Shown in pieces: positions 47,793 to 56,912 of a stretch of DNA of 64,000 nucleotides. The notes under the pieces are model-generated. The model was given only the letters and a program-made list of their open reading frames with translations. It was not told the DNA's origin and did no database searches. The number at the start of each line of letters is the position of its first letter. Position 1 is the first letter of the stretch. Where the stretch lies: positions 92,163-156,162 of IMG/VR virus record IMGVR_UViG_3300044797_000394. One strand, 5' to 3'. Source of the stretch: a virus. Made by a program: the position numbers and the translations under genes.

Positions 47793-48177
47793 GGTTCCGC
47801 TTCAGCTTCCAACGGCGGGGTTCGTCGACCGGTGACGGGTCTTTGACTGGCCTCACTGGGTGAACGTAGTCGACGGGTACGGGCGGCACGGGAAGCACTG
47901 GTTTCGGGTGTTTTGGCGGGTGCATGGGAGCCGGGGTTGTCGCCCGAGGAATGTCGGGTTTATGCGGCAATTTTGGCTTCTGGGGACGGTCCGGCCGTCT
48001 CGGCTTTCCGTGGTGTTTGATGTGATCCTCGGAATCGGCGGGTACCCGCTCGTACGTGCCCGTTTCCTCTTCAGCCGTCTCGGGAAGGACGTACACAATT
48101 CGGTCCTTTTCCTTGTTGATCACGGGTATCTTGGTTTCGGCCAGAAACCGAGCGGCGACCCTCTCGACGATTCCCAT
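47776..48177 (-). CDS. Pro/Lys/His-rich protein with N-terminal RVAARF
   Basis: MGIVERVAARFLA; PxxP-rich tail. Confidence 0.65.
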   Translation of the reverse strand: MGIVERVAARFLAETKIPVINKEKDRIVYVLPETAEEETGTYERVPADSEDHIKHHGKPRRPDRPQKPKLPHKPDIPRATTPAPMHPPKHPKPVLPVPPVPVDYVHPVRPVKDPSPVDEPRRWKLKRNPKPLQ

Positions 48178-48203
48178 ACCCACCATTGGTGTATCAGTGA
48201 GAT

Positions 48204-48428
48204 ATGACCAAAGTGTCCGTACCCCTGTCCGCCGACCTTATTGAATTTTTGGAGGATCACCCCATGGCTCAGGCCGTGGTCCGAGGCATGATGCGCAAGG
48301 CCGCGACTACGGGCGACGATCCAAAGCAGGTTGCCAAGCTATGCAAGGAGTGCAGCGGGTTCGACGGCGAACACAGGGAGAATTGTTCACACAAGGTAAG
48401 TCAATGTCATTTGAAACCGCAGAGCTGA
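48204..48428 (+). CDS. hypothetical protein
   Basis: TGGTGTA 10 nt upstream. Confidence 0.6.
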   Translation: MTKVSVPLSADLIEFLEDHPMAQAVVRGMMRKAATTGDDPKQVAKLCKECSGFDGEHRENCSHKVSQCHLKPQS

Positions 48429-48694
48429 GCCGTTCCCCGCACGAGCTACGGGTTCGAACATTCGGCGGGCTTATCGTCAGCCGTCATAGCGCGGCTACGA
48501 GTCCGGACGGGCGGTACATGTTTCAGCTCGGAATGAGTGAGGAGCCCGTTGAGTGCCACGACATTCTCCCAAACGAGCTCGTGGTCAAGGGACACGGAAT
48601 CGATGAGGAGGGCCACCTTGTCGTGACCGATGACTGTAAGTTTTGCGGGCTGCCTGCGGGAAAGTATGTTCTAGTGAACGGCTCCGGTGTATAG
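48404..48694 (+). CDS. hypothetical protein
   Basis: AAGG SD; fills gap in operon. Confidence 0.5.
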   Translation: MSFETAELSRSPHELRVRTFGGLIVSRHSAATSPDGRYMFQLGMSEEPVECHDILPNELVVKGHGIDEEGHLVVTDDCKFCGLPAGKYVLVNGSGV

Positions 48695-48703
48695 ATACGA
48701 AAC

Positions 48704-48931
48704 ATGGCGACCAAAAACGCACCTAAGGTCGTTCTCGACCCCACTCAGAAACAGGCTTTGGACCGACTGACCTCGGCTGCCAGCGACATCCTGAGGTTAC
48801 AGAACAAGGACATCGAGAAGATGATGGACTTTCTCGAGTCGGTTCCGGAGACCGACTCGAACAAGAGGGGAGTGTCCATACTCGTCGAGGACTTGCTCAG
48901 CGTGATTCTCGACCAGATGGAATCGCCCTGA
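48704..48931 (+). CDS. hypothetical protein
   Basis: CGGTGTA 48685-48691 12 nt upstream. Confidence 0.6.
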   Translation: MATKNAPKVVLDPTQKQALDRLTSAASDILRLQNKDIEKMMDFLESVPETDSNKRGVSILVEDLLSVILDQMESP

Positions 48932-49115
48932 CGTCCGAATGACTCTGACGTCGGCACCAATCGGACAACGCCAGGACCACGGTGTGGACCTCGTCGGGAA
49001 CTTTGCCGCCTTTGGCGAAAGTCTTGTGAGTTCCGTCCTTTCGCACAATTGCGTAACACCCCGTGTCTCGGATCAACCAAGAGCCATCGCCTTGATGACT
49101 GAGTTCGACTTCCAT
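48897..49115 (-). CDS. hypothetical protein
   Basis: AGGAG SD. Confidence 0.5.
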   Translation of the reverse strand: MEVELSHQGDGSWLIRDTGCYAIVRKDGTHKTFAKGGKVPDEVHTVVLALSDWCRRQSHSDVRAIPSGRESR

Positions 49116-49123
49116 CGGTACTC

Positions 49124-49651
49124 CTAAGTGTTCCTCTGGTACACCCTACCATACACTGTTTTGTGATGGGGTCCAACCCGATCCACAGATTCTTCGATGC
49201 ATTGGAAACTAGGCCAAGTCTCCCCGCGGGCTTTCAGCGGTGACACTACGATGATCGACGTCACCCCCGCCTCACACAGACGGTAATCCACCATCGAGAC
49301 GCGCGATTCGGGGCACAGATGGATCGAGTAGCAGAAAACGGCACTATCCGCCTTTGGGAGAGGGTCCCAGAAGTCCCCTACGACTCCACGGTGCATGGTC
49401 TCCTGTTGGTAACGGTCGATCATCCCTGGCTCTGAATCCACTCCGATGATTTCATTCGAGTAGCTCCAGAGAATCATAGATGCGAGTCCGTTTCCACACC
49501 CCAAGTCCAACACGGTTCCGTGTAGGTGGTGCATGTGCTTATCCACAACGTAGCGTATCCCCGGGGAATGTGGGTTATTGTAGCTACCGTGGTGTAGCTT
49601 GTAGTACTCTTTCGGACTGAGATCCTTGCCGAGGTACTGCCTGGTGCCCAC
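49124..49651 (-). CDS. class I SAM-dependent methyltransferase
   Basis: VLDLGCGNG, IIGVD, FCYSIHL. Confidence 0.75.
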   Translation of the reverse strand: MGTRQYLGKDLSPKEYYKLHHGSYNNPHSPGIRYVVDKHMHHLHGTVLDLGCGNGLASMILWSYSNEIIGVDSEPGMIDRYQQETMHRGVVGDFWDPLPKADSAVFCYSIHLCPESRVSMVDYRLCEAGVTSIIVVSPLKARGETWPSFQCIEESVDRVGPHHKTVYGRVYQRNT

Positions 49652-49727
49652 GCCCCTAGCGGTACACTAAAACATTAGACAGATGACCTTTGAACCCTCC
49701 ACGGGTTCGAGTTGTACTAGGAGGACC

Positions 49728-50531
49728 ATGCGAGAAGTTCGAATCGAGCCCAAAGAAGAGGGCAAAGGTCGTACCTTCTTTTCGACATGTCTCGCCACAG
49801 TCGAGTGCGATAACCTTTGGGAGGGCGGGCAGACGAGCACGGACACTGTTCGTCCAGTTTGGGCGATGTTCGCGGGTAGCGAGCAGGAGCTTCGCCCCTT
49901 CATCGCCAATGTGACCCTAGGGAAAAAGATTTTGATCGGTGGGGATCGAAACGCTTACCGTCGCAAAGAGGATCGCATGGAATTCCTCAAGTCGACGGGA
50001 TACCAAACCGTTTGGCAGCGGGAGCCTGAGGGTTCCGTTGTGACTGTTTTTCTTCCCGATCTATTCCAGCTCGATCCCGGAATGGTCGATCCGTCGGGCG
50101 CTGCTTTCATCATTCTTCCCCCTACCGCATGGGCGGCCAGTCAGAAAATCGAGGCGGAACCCATTCTTGACCACGTCATGTCTCTCGAGCCGAACCTTGA
50201 AGCGTGCATCAAACGAGACGATCTGGCGCAACTGGTTCCCCTGTCCTTTCTCTTCGGGGCTTATCTCGATCGTCGTACCCGTTGCCCGCTCGTATCGGAC
50301 GGGCGTTTTTACCTCCAACTCATGCTCGCCTGCCTTGACAAGGGACTGGCTTCCTGGTCCGGTGACGGATACTCAAGACGGTTTGGGGTGCATGCAAGGT
50401 TTCGATTCACCGAAGAGGGGACGGCTCGAATCGGCCTCGATCAAGGTCTAGCGTTCCAGGCGAGCCACGAAAGCATTGAATCCGTACTCTCGCAGCAAGT
50501 CGAACTCTTTTTCTCAATCGTGAAGGGCTAA
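49728..50531 (+). CDS. hypothetical protein, partner of MTase-helicase
   Basis: AGGAGG SD; ends 2 nt before helicase start. Confidence 0.7.
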   Translation: MREVRIEPKEEGKGRTFFSTCLATVECDNLWEGGQTSTDTVRPVWAMFAGSEQELRPFIANVTLGKKILIGGDRNAYRRKEDRMEFLKSTGYQTVWQREPEGSVVTVFLPDLFQLDPGMVDPSGAAFIILPPTAWAASQKIEAEPILDHVMSLEPNLEACIKRDDLAQLVPLSFLFGAYLDRRTRCPLVSDGRFYLQLMLACLDKGLASWSGDGYSRRFGVHARFRFTEEGTARIGLDQGLAFQASHESIESVLSQQVELFFSIVKG

Positions 50532-50533
50532 CC

Positions 50534-53500
50534 ATGGCACGGATAGAATCGGTTGCGCTCGGAGGATTTTACCCCACTCCCCGGCATTTGGTGCCGATGA
50601 TCGCAGGGGTACTCTCGGTGACGGTTCCCGAGAGGTCCTCCCAGTATGCGTCACGAAAAACTTTGAACGTTCTCGACCCGTGCGCTGGCGAGGGTGAGGC
50701 AATTCTGGAGCTCATCAAGTCCGTCTTGGCGGTCCCGAATCTCCGTGAGGCGCCCGTTGACGTGAAGCTATTCACCTGTGAGCTCGAGGAAACCCGAGCC
50801 AAAACTCTGCGAGGTAACGTTTCCCACGAGATCCACTACACCGTCGGAAACGAAGCTCTCCACGGGGACGCGTTTCGCACGACATTTACGACCAAAGGGA
50901 AGTACGAGGATAACGATGGCGTTTCTCTGCTTTATCTGAACCCACCGTACGATACGGATCGTGTGCATGGGCGCCTCGAGCAACGATTTCTCGACCGATT
51001 TTCGAGTTCTCTGACCGTCGATGGTGTCCTTGTTTTCGTCGTTCCATTCTACGCGCTCGAGGCTTCGGCCAATTTACTCGGTCTGGAGTACAGCGACGTG
51101 CGGTGCTTCAAGTTTCCAGAGGAGGACTACAACATCTACCACCAGGTCGTACTATACGCTCGCAAGGGTGAGCGGGTGTTCGAGCCCAACCCGGCGATCG
51201 TCTCGAAGGTCCTTGGGTGGTCACGAGACGCATCCACGATTGAGGAGTTCCCCGGGGCGCCGCTCTATGACTTGCGACTCGATGACTACGGACGCGGCGG
51301 ACTGAAAGAGTGGAAGATCCAAACGATCGATATGACCGCTCTCCTTGCTAAGGTGCAACCCTGGATGCACTCCAAACGTGGCGGGGAACTCGCGCCCGTG
51401 CACGGGGTCATCCCACAGGAGCCTGTTCGAGATATCTTGCTCCGTAACTTCCCGCTCGCCACTCCTCCCAGGCCCGCACACATCGCGTCCGGCATCGCAT
51501 CGGGACTGTTCAACGGGTCGAAAATCGAACCGACGGACACGAGCACGGGTCTCCCGTCCCTGCTGATCAAGGGCGTCTTCGACCGTGAGTTTCGAACCGT
51601 CGAAGAGAAAACGAACAAGGATGGGGAGACCGTTGGCTACATCCAAATCCAACAACCAAAACTCGTGACCACGGTTCTTGACCTCAGTACACACAAGTAC
51701 CACATGCTCAAGACGGGCGTCGAAGAGACCGGCCGCAAAACGATCGATTCAATGAACGTGGCCGACCTTCTCAAATTCTACGGCGAATCGCTGATGGGGG
51801 TCATGGAACGACAGTGCCCGGTTCTCTATGACCCTCGCCGCGACGCGGAATCGATTCCCATTGCGGCGTCTCCCCGTAAGCCCTTCACGGCTCAAGGACA
51901 CGCAACGCGCGCGATAGTCAAGCTCCTAGGCGGCGTGAAAGCCACCAAACGGTCTCGACGTGGAAAGGCCGCGATTCTCCTGGGCGAGATCGGATCTGGC
52001 AAATCGACCGTTGCTCTACTCGCAGGACGGACGATTGGGGCGCATCGGTTCCTTATCATGTGCCCCCCGCATCTGCTCAAGTCTTGGCAGAATGAGATCG
52101 GTGCGGTCGTTCCGTCAGCGACCGTAATGGTCCTCTCCACGATCGAAGATCTTCAGGCGTTGGACCAAATCGAGTCCGATTCGGAAAGCCCCCTGATCTG
52201 CATCCTTTCGCGCGAGGTTGGCAAGCTGTCTCATGCCTGGGCGGGCGTCGGTGAAGTGTGCCCCAAATGCGGGCAAAAGACCCCTGAAAAGGTCGACTTG
52301 GCAAAGAAGAGGTCAAAATGCGAGCATAAGGGTCTCGTCGCAAAGGATTTTCTCGCCAGAACAGCGCAGGAGCTTGCGGCGTACCTATCGGCCTTCGTCC
52401 CTAAAGAGTATCCCATACCCTCTGTCCTTAGGGGTCGGTTCGACCAAGTTCGTCTCGAACGATACGAGGCGTTGCATGAGCAGGGCGAGGGTCGTCCGTA
52501 CTCGGGTCTCGGCAAAATGAGCGATAAACTTGACGAGGTACTCTTTACCCTCCTCGGACGAGAAGCGAGTGAAGCCATTGACCGCACAATTCGTGGTATT
52601 CTTCTTGCCAATTGGAGCGTGACACGGATCGCTTCGACAGTACGGTTTCTGCTTGGGAATCGTGGCAAGCGTGAGGGCGGTCTTGTTCCGCACGCGGACG
52701 ATTTCTCCAGATCTCTGCTTTTGATGCTGCCCCCGGGTCACCCAGAGCAAGAACGAATCATGGAGGAGTTTTCGTCGGAATCCTCCTACTTTACGTGGTC
52801 CAGTGTCAAACTGGCCATCAAAGAGCTGTCCGAAGGTCGGTCCGTTAAGTACCCATTTCCCATTTCATGGGCGGAGGGTGTGCTCAAAATGGGAACCGAG
52901 GACACTATCGTAAACAGTGCTAAAGCGGCGTGCAACGTCGTAGCGTACCTCGTTCAGCTCGGAGCCTTCAGGTGGACGGACGAATGCGGTGAGCACCTGT
53001 TTGGGGCGATTCCTGAACCGCGACGGGTTTCGCTCGCGAAGCACATTATCCGCTACCACCAAAATACGTTTGACTATCTTGTACTCGATGAAGGGCACGA
53101 GTATTCAACGGATGGGAGCGCGCAGGAACGATCCGCACACCGTTTGACGTCTCTTCAACTGCCCACGGTTTTAATGTCCGGATCCATCATGAACGGGTAT
53201 GCTGAGAGCTTATTCGCTAATATGTGGGCCCTGTCGGCGGACTTCCGAATGGAATTCTCTCGAGAAGATCGACAGAAGTTTGTGGACCGTTATGGGTACC
53301 GTAAGCGCCTCGTTGAGGGAAAAGATGAGGAGAGCAAAGTCGTTGAGTTCGGATCGAATTCCGATCGTGTAACTAGGTCCGAACGAATGATCGGAAATGC
53401 CCCAGGCATTCTGCCCTTGTTCTTACTAAAACACCTTCTCCCCATTTCGGTCACGTTGCACAAAGCCGATCTGGCGATCGACCTCCCGCCGTGTCGTCAA

Positions 53501-54340
53501 CAGAAGCACGTGGTCTCGCCTGAAAAGGATCAGAAAGATCGCTTCGAGGAGTTGCAGAACGCGCTCATCGAACGCATTCGCAAGGACCAATTCGATAAGG
53601 ACCTTGCGGGGAAGCTCTTCGGTCAGTTGGCGGAACTCCCTAGTTACCTGGACCGTGCCACATGTGACGTCGGCAACGTGGAATCGGGGGACTATGAGAT
53701 CCGTTACCCTGAGTCGGTCGGAGATGGGCTCGTGGCTTCTCAGCCTGGCATGCCATCGGACAAGTTGTTACCGAAAGAAGAATGGATGCTCGATCTCATT
53801 GAGAAAGAGCTTGACGAGGGTCGTAATGTAATGGTCTTCTCTTGGCACACCGCTCTCCTTCCCAGGATCGCGAAGCTGATCCAAGATCGTTTCGATATCG
53901 CGGTGCCCATTCTGTACGCCGACAAGGTTCCGACGGCCAAACGGCAAGATTGGATTGACCGTGAGGTGGTGCGGAAGCGGCGACGGATCATGGTGACGAA
54001 CCCAGTTTGCATCCAAACGGGTCTCAATAACCTCGTCCACTTCGCTAGCGAGATTTGGCTCGAGAACCCAGCGTGCAACCCTGTCATTTTTCGTCAGGCA
54101 ATCGGACGCATCGATCGTATCGGGCAAAAACTTGAAACACGAGTCCATACGGCCATCTACGGTGACACGTTACAAGTCGCGCTCTATGATCTGCTCATGA
54201 AAAAGGTTGCCGTCTCGGTCTCAACGGATGGGCTGGACCCAGAGGCGGCACTCCATGCGGCGGGTCTCGGAGAGGATAATTACCTCGCGGGTCTATCCAT
54301 CGGCAAGCAACTCTGGAATATGATCGGCGCAATGAACTGA
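50534..54340 (+). CDS. N6-adenine methyltransferase-SF2 (SNF2-like) helicase fusion
   Basis: GFYPTP, LDPCAGEG, LYLNPPY; GEIGSGKS, LVLDEGH, MSGS, QTGLNN, RQAIGRIDRIGQ. Confidence 0.88.
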   Translation: MARIESVALGGFYPTPRHLVPMIAGVLSVTVPERSSQYASRKTLNVLDPCAGEGEAILELIKSVLAVPNLREAPVDVKLFTCELEETRAKTLRGNVSHEIHYTVGNEALHGDAFRTTFTTKGKYEDNDGVSLLYLNPPYDTDRVHGRLEQRFLDRFSSSLTVDGVLVFVVPFYALEASANLLGLEYSDVRCFKFPEEDYNIYHQVVLYARKGERVFEPNPAIVSKVLGWSRDASTIEEFPGAPLYDLRLDDYGRGGLKEWKIQTIDMTALLAKVQPWMHSKRGGELAPVHGVIPQEPVRDILLRNFPLATPPRPAHIASGIASGLFNGSKIEPTDTSTGLPSLLIKGVFDREFRTVEEKTNKDGETVGYIQIQQPKLVTTVLDLSTHKYHMLKTGVEETGRKTIDSMNVADLLKFYGESLMGVMERQCPVLYDPRRDAESIPIAASPRKPFTAQGHATRAIVKLLGGVKATKRSRRGKAAILLGEIGSGKSTVALLAGRTIGAHRFLIMCPPHLLKSWQNEIGAVVPSATVMVLSTIEDLQALDQIESDSESPLICILSREVGKLSHAWAGVGEVCPKCGQKTPEKVDLAKKRSKCEHKGLVAKDFLARTAQELAAYLSAFVPKEYPIPSVLRGRFDQVRLERYEALHEQGEGRPYSGLGKMSDKLDEVLFTLLGREASEAIDRTIRGILLANWSVTRIASTVRFLLGNRGKREGGLVPHADDFSRSLLLMLPPGHPEQERIMEEFSSESSYFTWSSVKLAIKELSEGRSVKYPFPISWAEGVLKMGTEDTIVNSAKAACNVVAYLVQLGAFRWTDECGEHLFGAIPEPRRVSLAKHIIRYHQNTFDYLVLDEGHEYSTDGSAQERSAHRLTSLQLPTVLMSGSIMNGYAESLFANMWALSADFRMEFSREDRQKFVDRYGYRKRLVEGKDEESKVVEFGSNSDRVTRSERMIGNAPGILPLFLLKHLLPISVTLHKADLAIDLPPCRQQKHVVSPEKDQKDRFEELQNALIERIRKDQFDKDLAGKLFGQLAELPSYLDRATCDVGNVESGDYEIRYPESVGDGLVASQPGMPSDKLLPKEEWMLDLIEKELDEGRNVMVFSWHTALLPRIAKLIQDRFDIAVPILYADKVPTAKRQDWIDREVVRKRRRIMVTNPVCIQTGLNNLVHFASEIWLENPACNPVIFRQAIGRIDRIGQKLETRVHTAIYGDTLQVALYDLLMKKVAVSVSTDGLDPEAALHAAGLGEDNYLAGLSIGKQLWNMIGAMN

Positions 54341-54361
54341 CCGACGGTGTAACAGTGGAGA

Positions 54362-54775
54362 ATGACGTTCGCTGACTTTCTGCGAAAGGTTCTCCCGCAC
54401 AAGGAACTAGGGTGGAAGGAAATCGGGGAGGAGTTCACCCGATTCACGTTGCTCAAGACCCCGTGGTTTCGGGTGTACCTTCACCGGTTGTACGCCCCGC
54501 TGTGGCATAACCTAGCGCACGACCATCCCTGGGACTTCTTCGTTCTCATCCTTCGCAAGGGGTACCTCGAGATGGACCGTGACGGGTACCAGCATCGGCG
54601 ATTCGGAAGTTTCTTCTTTCATCCGGCCGAGTACGCTCACAACGTCAAGACGGGCGGCTACGACGTAGCTTGGTCGATCGTCTTCACGGGCCCCAAGCGT
54701 CGACCGTGGGGCCACGTGGACATTCGAAAAACTTTCCCCGGAATACCCTACCGCGGTGTAGAAGTGGAATCATGA
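54362..54775 (+). CDS. cupin-like protein
   Basis: YLHR, HDHPW, GYLE, HNV, TGPKRRPWG; CGGTGTA 10 nt upstream. Confidence 0.75.
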   Translation: MTFADFLRKVLPHKELGWKEIGEEFTRFTLLKTPWFRVYLHRLYAPLWHNLAHDHPWDFFVLILRKGYLEMDRDGYQHRRFGSFFFHPAEYAHNVKTGGYDVAWSIVFTGPKRRPWGHVDIRKTFPGIPYRGVEVES

Positions 54776-55743
54776 GCGAAGCTCCGAAGGAGATCGTTGA
54801 CCCGGACCCGCCTCCGCCGGCCGTGGAAATCGGTGGAATTGCGTACAAGCTCAGCCAGAGATTCTCCCAAGGAGACCTTTGCGATCTGTACGATTGTGAT
54901 TACATTCCACCTACACCGAAGCCTGAGGACAAACCCACGAGAGAGATGACGGTTTGGGACTTTCTGACCGAACCGGACGAGGGCGACCCCGTCGATGCGG
55001 TGAGCGTCCTTTTCAAAGTCGTGCGGAGCAGGCTGGACAACGATCTTGTGCGAAACGAGGCGGAAGTCTTGGGACAGCTCTATCCAGCGGATCAGAAAGA
55101 TGAGAAGTACTTTCGGTACTTACCGAAGCTCTACAACTCGTTTTCTTACTCTGGAAATGACGGAGCTCGCACCGTCAACCTTTTGGCCAAGTACGACGGC
55201 TTCTACTCTATGTCGGACGTTCTCGGGGTCTATCCGAAAGGACTTGACTACAGGGATGCCGTTTGGATGTACAAGAGACTGATCGTTGGTCTCGGTTACG
55301 TTCACAATCGGGGTTTCATTCACGGAGCGGTGCTACCCACGCATGTGCTCGTGCATCCCGTACAACACGGGGCTCGGATCATCGACTGGTCCTACGCGGT
55401 GAAAAGGTCTGAGGGGACGAAAGTCAAAGCCATCAGCAAAGCGTACCGAGCGTTTTACGCACCAGAAATCTTGGCAAGGAGGGTTCCGACGCCCGCCACG
55501 GATATCTACATGGCGACGGCGTGCTTTCTCGTGATGATCGGCGGAGACATCGAAACGCAGAAGATGCCGGATGAGGTTCCCCAGCCGATTCAGAAGTTCA
55601 TTCGCAGGTGTCTCCTAGCAAGTCCCTCGGCTAGACCCGATGATGCCTGGAAGCTTCACGACGAGCTCGAAGAGTTGTTAAAAACAACCGTGGGCAAACC
55701 CAAGTATCGACCGTTGGTAATGTCACCAACGGTAAAAGCGTAA
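54772..55743 (+). CDS. Ser/Thr protein kinase-like protein
   Basis: LFKV, NEAEVL, FIHGAVLPTHVLV, IIDWSY, YAPE, TDIY; CGGTGTA 11 nt upstream. Confidence 0.8.
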   Translation: MSEAPKEIVDPDPPPPAVEIGGIAYKLSQRFSQGDLCDLYDCDYIPPTPKPEDKPTREMTVWDFLTEPDEGDPVDAVSVLFKVVRSRLDNDLVRNEAEVLGQLYPADQKDEKYFRYLPKLYNSFSYSGNDGARTVNLLAKYDGFYSMSDVLGVYPKGLDYRDAVWMYKRLIVGLGYVHNRGFIHGAVLPTHVLVHPVQHGARIIDWSYAVKRSEGTKVKAISKAYRAFYAPEILARRVPTPATDIYMATACFLVMIGGDIETQKMPDEVPQPIQKFIRRCLLASPSARPDDAWKLHDELEELLKTTVGKPKYRPLVMSPTVKA

Positions 55744-55764
55744 CAATAACAAGGAGAGTACACC

Positions 55765-56793
55765 ATGGGTGGATCAAGCTGGAGTGACAGTCATTACACG
55801 GATCGAGTTGCAATCAGAGATGCGACGCATACGCCGACTTTCGCTCACGACGCAGCGGTTCGTGCTGGTACGGCTCGCACGACGATTCACGAGACTCTCG
55901 ATCCCAAGAACATCAAAGGGGTCCGAGAATCTCGAGATTCCGACGCACATCCGAACAGCAAGCCGGTCGCCGTGTTCTTCGACGTGACGGGCTCAATGAA
56001 AACAATTCCCCGTCAATTGCAGACGGTTCTTCCGAAGCTCATGGGCCTGCTTCTCCGCAAGGGCTACATCACCGATCCGCAGGTCCTCATGGGCGCGATC
56101 GGCGACTGCCACTCGAGCAACCGCAACTACGAGGGTGGGTACGGATTCGGCGGGGATCAAGCCCCCCTTCAAGTGGGTCAGTTCGAGTCCGGGATCGAAA
56201 TGGACAACGACCTGACCAACATGTTCCTCGAAGGAGCAGGCGGTGGCCAGAGCCCCCCGCAAGAGAGCTACGAGCTTGCCTTCTACACGGCGGCGCGAAA
56301 GACCTCCTTCGATGCATTCGAAAAGCGCGGGCAAAAAGGGTACCTCTTCACCATCGGGGATGAGCGACCGTACCCCGAAGTGACGAAAGAAGCCGCACTC
56401 GCCATCTTCGGCGACACACTCGAAGTCGAGGCGATTCCTACAACGCAGCTCGTGAAGGAAGTCCAGGAGCGCTGGGAGACCTTCCACATCATCCCGCTCA
56501 ACGCGGCCCACGGTCATGACCGGTCGATGCGAAAAGCCTGGGAAGACCTTCTCGGAGTCGAATACGTTCTCACCATCGACGACGCGAACAACATCTGCGA
56601 GCTGATCGGCTCCACGATCGGAGTCATGGAGGGTACGACAGACCAGGAAGCGGTCGTTGCGGATCTGAAAGACGTCGGTACGAGCGCGTCGGATGCCAAG
56701 AGTGTCTCGAGGGCACTCGACGGCGTTACCACCCTCGCGGCGAAGAAGGGCGTGGGTACCAAGAGGGACACCGAATTGACCGAGCGCCTGTAA
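55765..56793 (+). CDS. vWA domain protein
   Basis: MIDAS FDVTGSM, AIGD, GGG..ESYE, FTIGDE; AAGGAG SD. Confidence 0.8.
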   Translation: MGGSSWSDSHYTDRVAIRDATHTPTFAHDAAVRAGTARTTIHETLDPKNIKGVRESRDSDAHPNSKPVAVFFDVTGSMKTIPRQLQTVLPKLMGLLLRKGYITDPQVLMGAIGDCHSSNRNYEGGYGFGGDQAPLQVGQFESGIEMDNDLTNMFLEGAGGGQSPPQESYELAFYTAARKTSFDAFEKRGQKGYLFTIGDERPYPEVTKEAALAIFGDTLEVEAIPTTQLVKEVQERWETFHIIPLNAAHGHDRSMRKAWEDLLGVEYVLTIDDANNICELIGSTIGVMEGTTDQEAVVADLKDVGTSASDAKSVSRALDGVTTLAAKKGVGTKRDTELTERL

Positions 56794-56912
56794 CAAGAAT
56801 CCGGAGCGCTTAGGCGTCTCCTACCCGCATCAGGTAAACGCGACCTCGCGGTTAAGGTTGAATTGCGTGACTACCGGGGAGAGACCGGTACAACTCTTCA
56901 GAGGAGTCCGTA

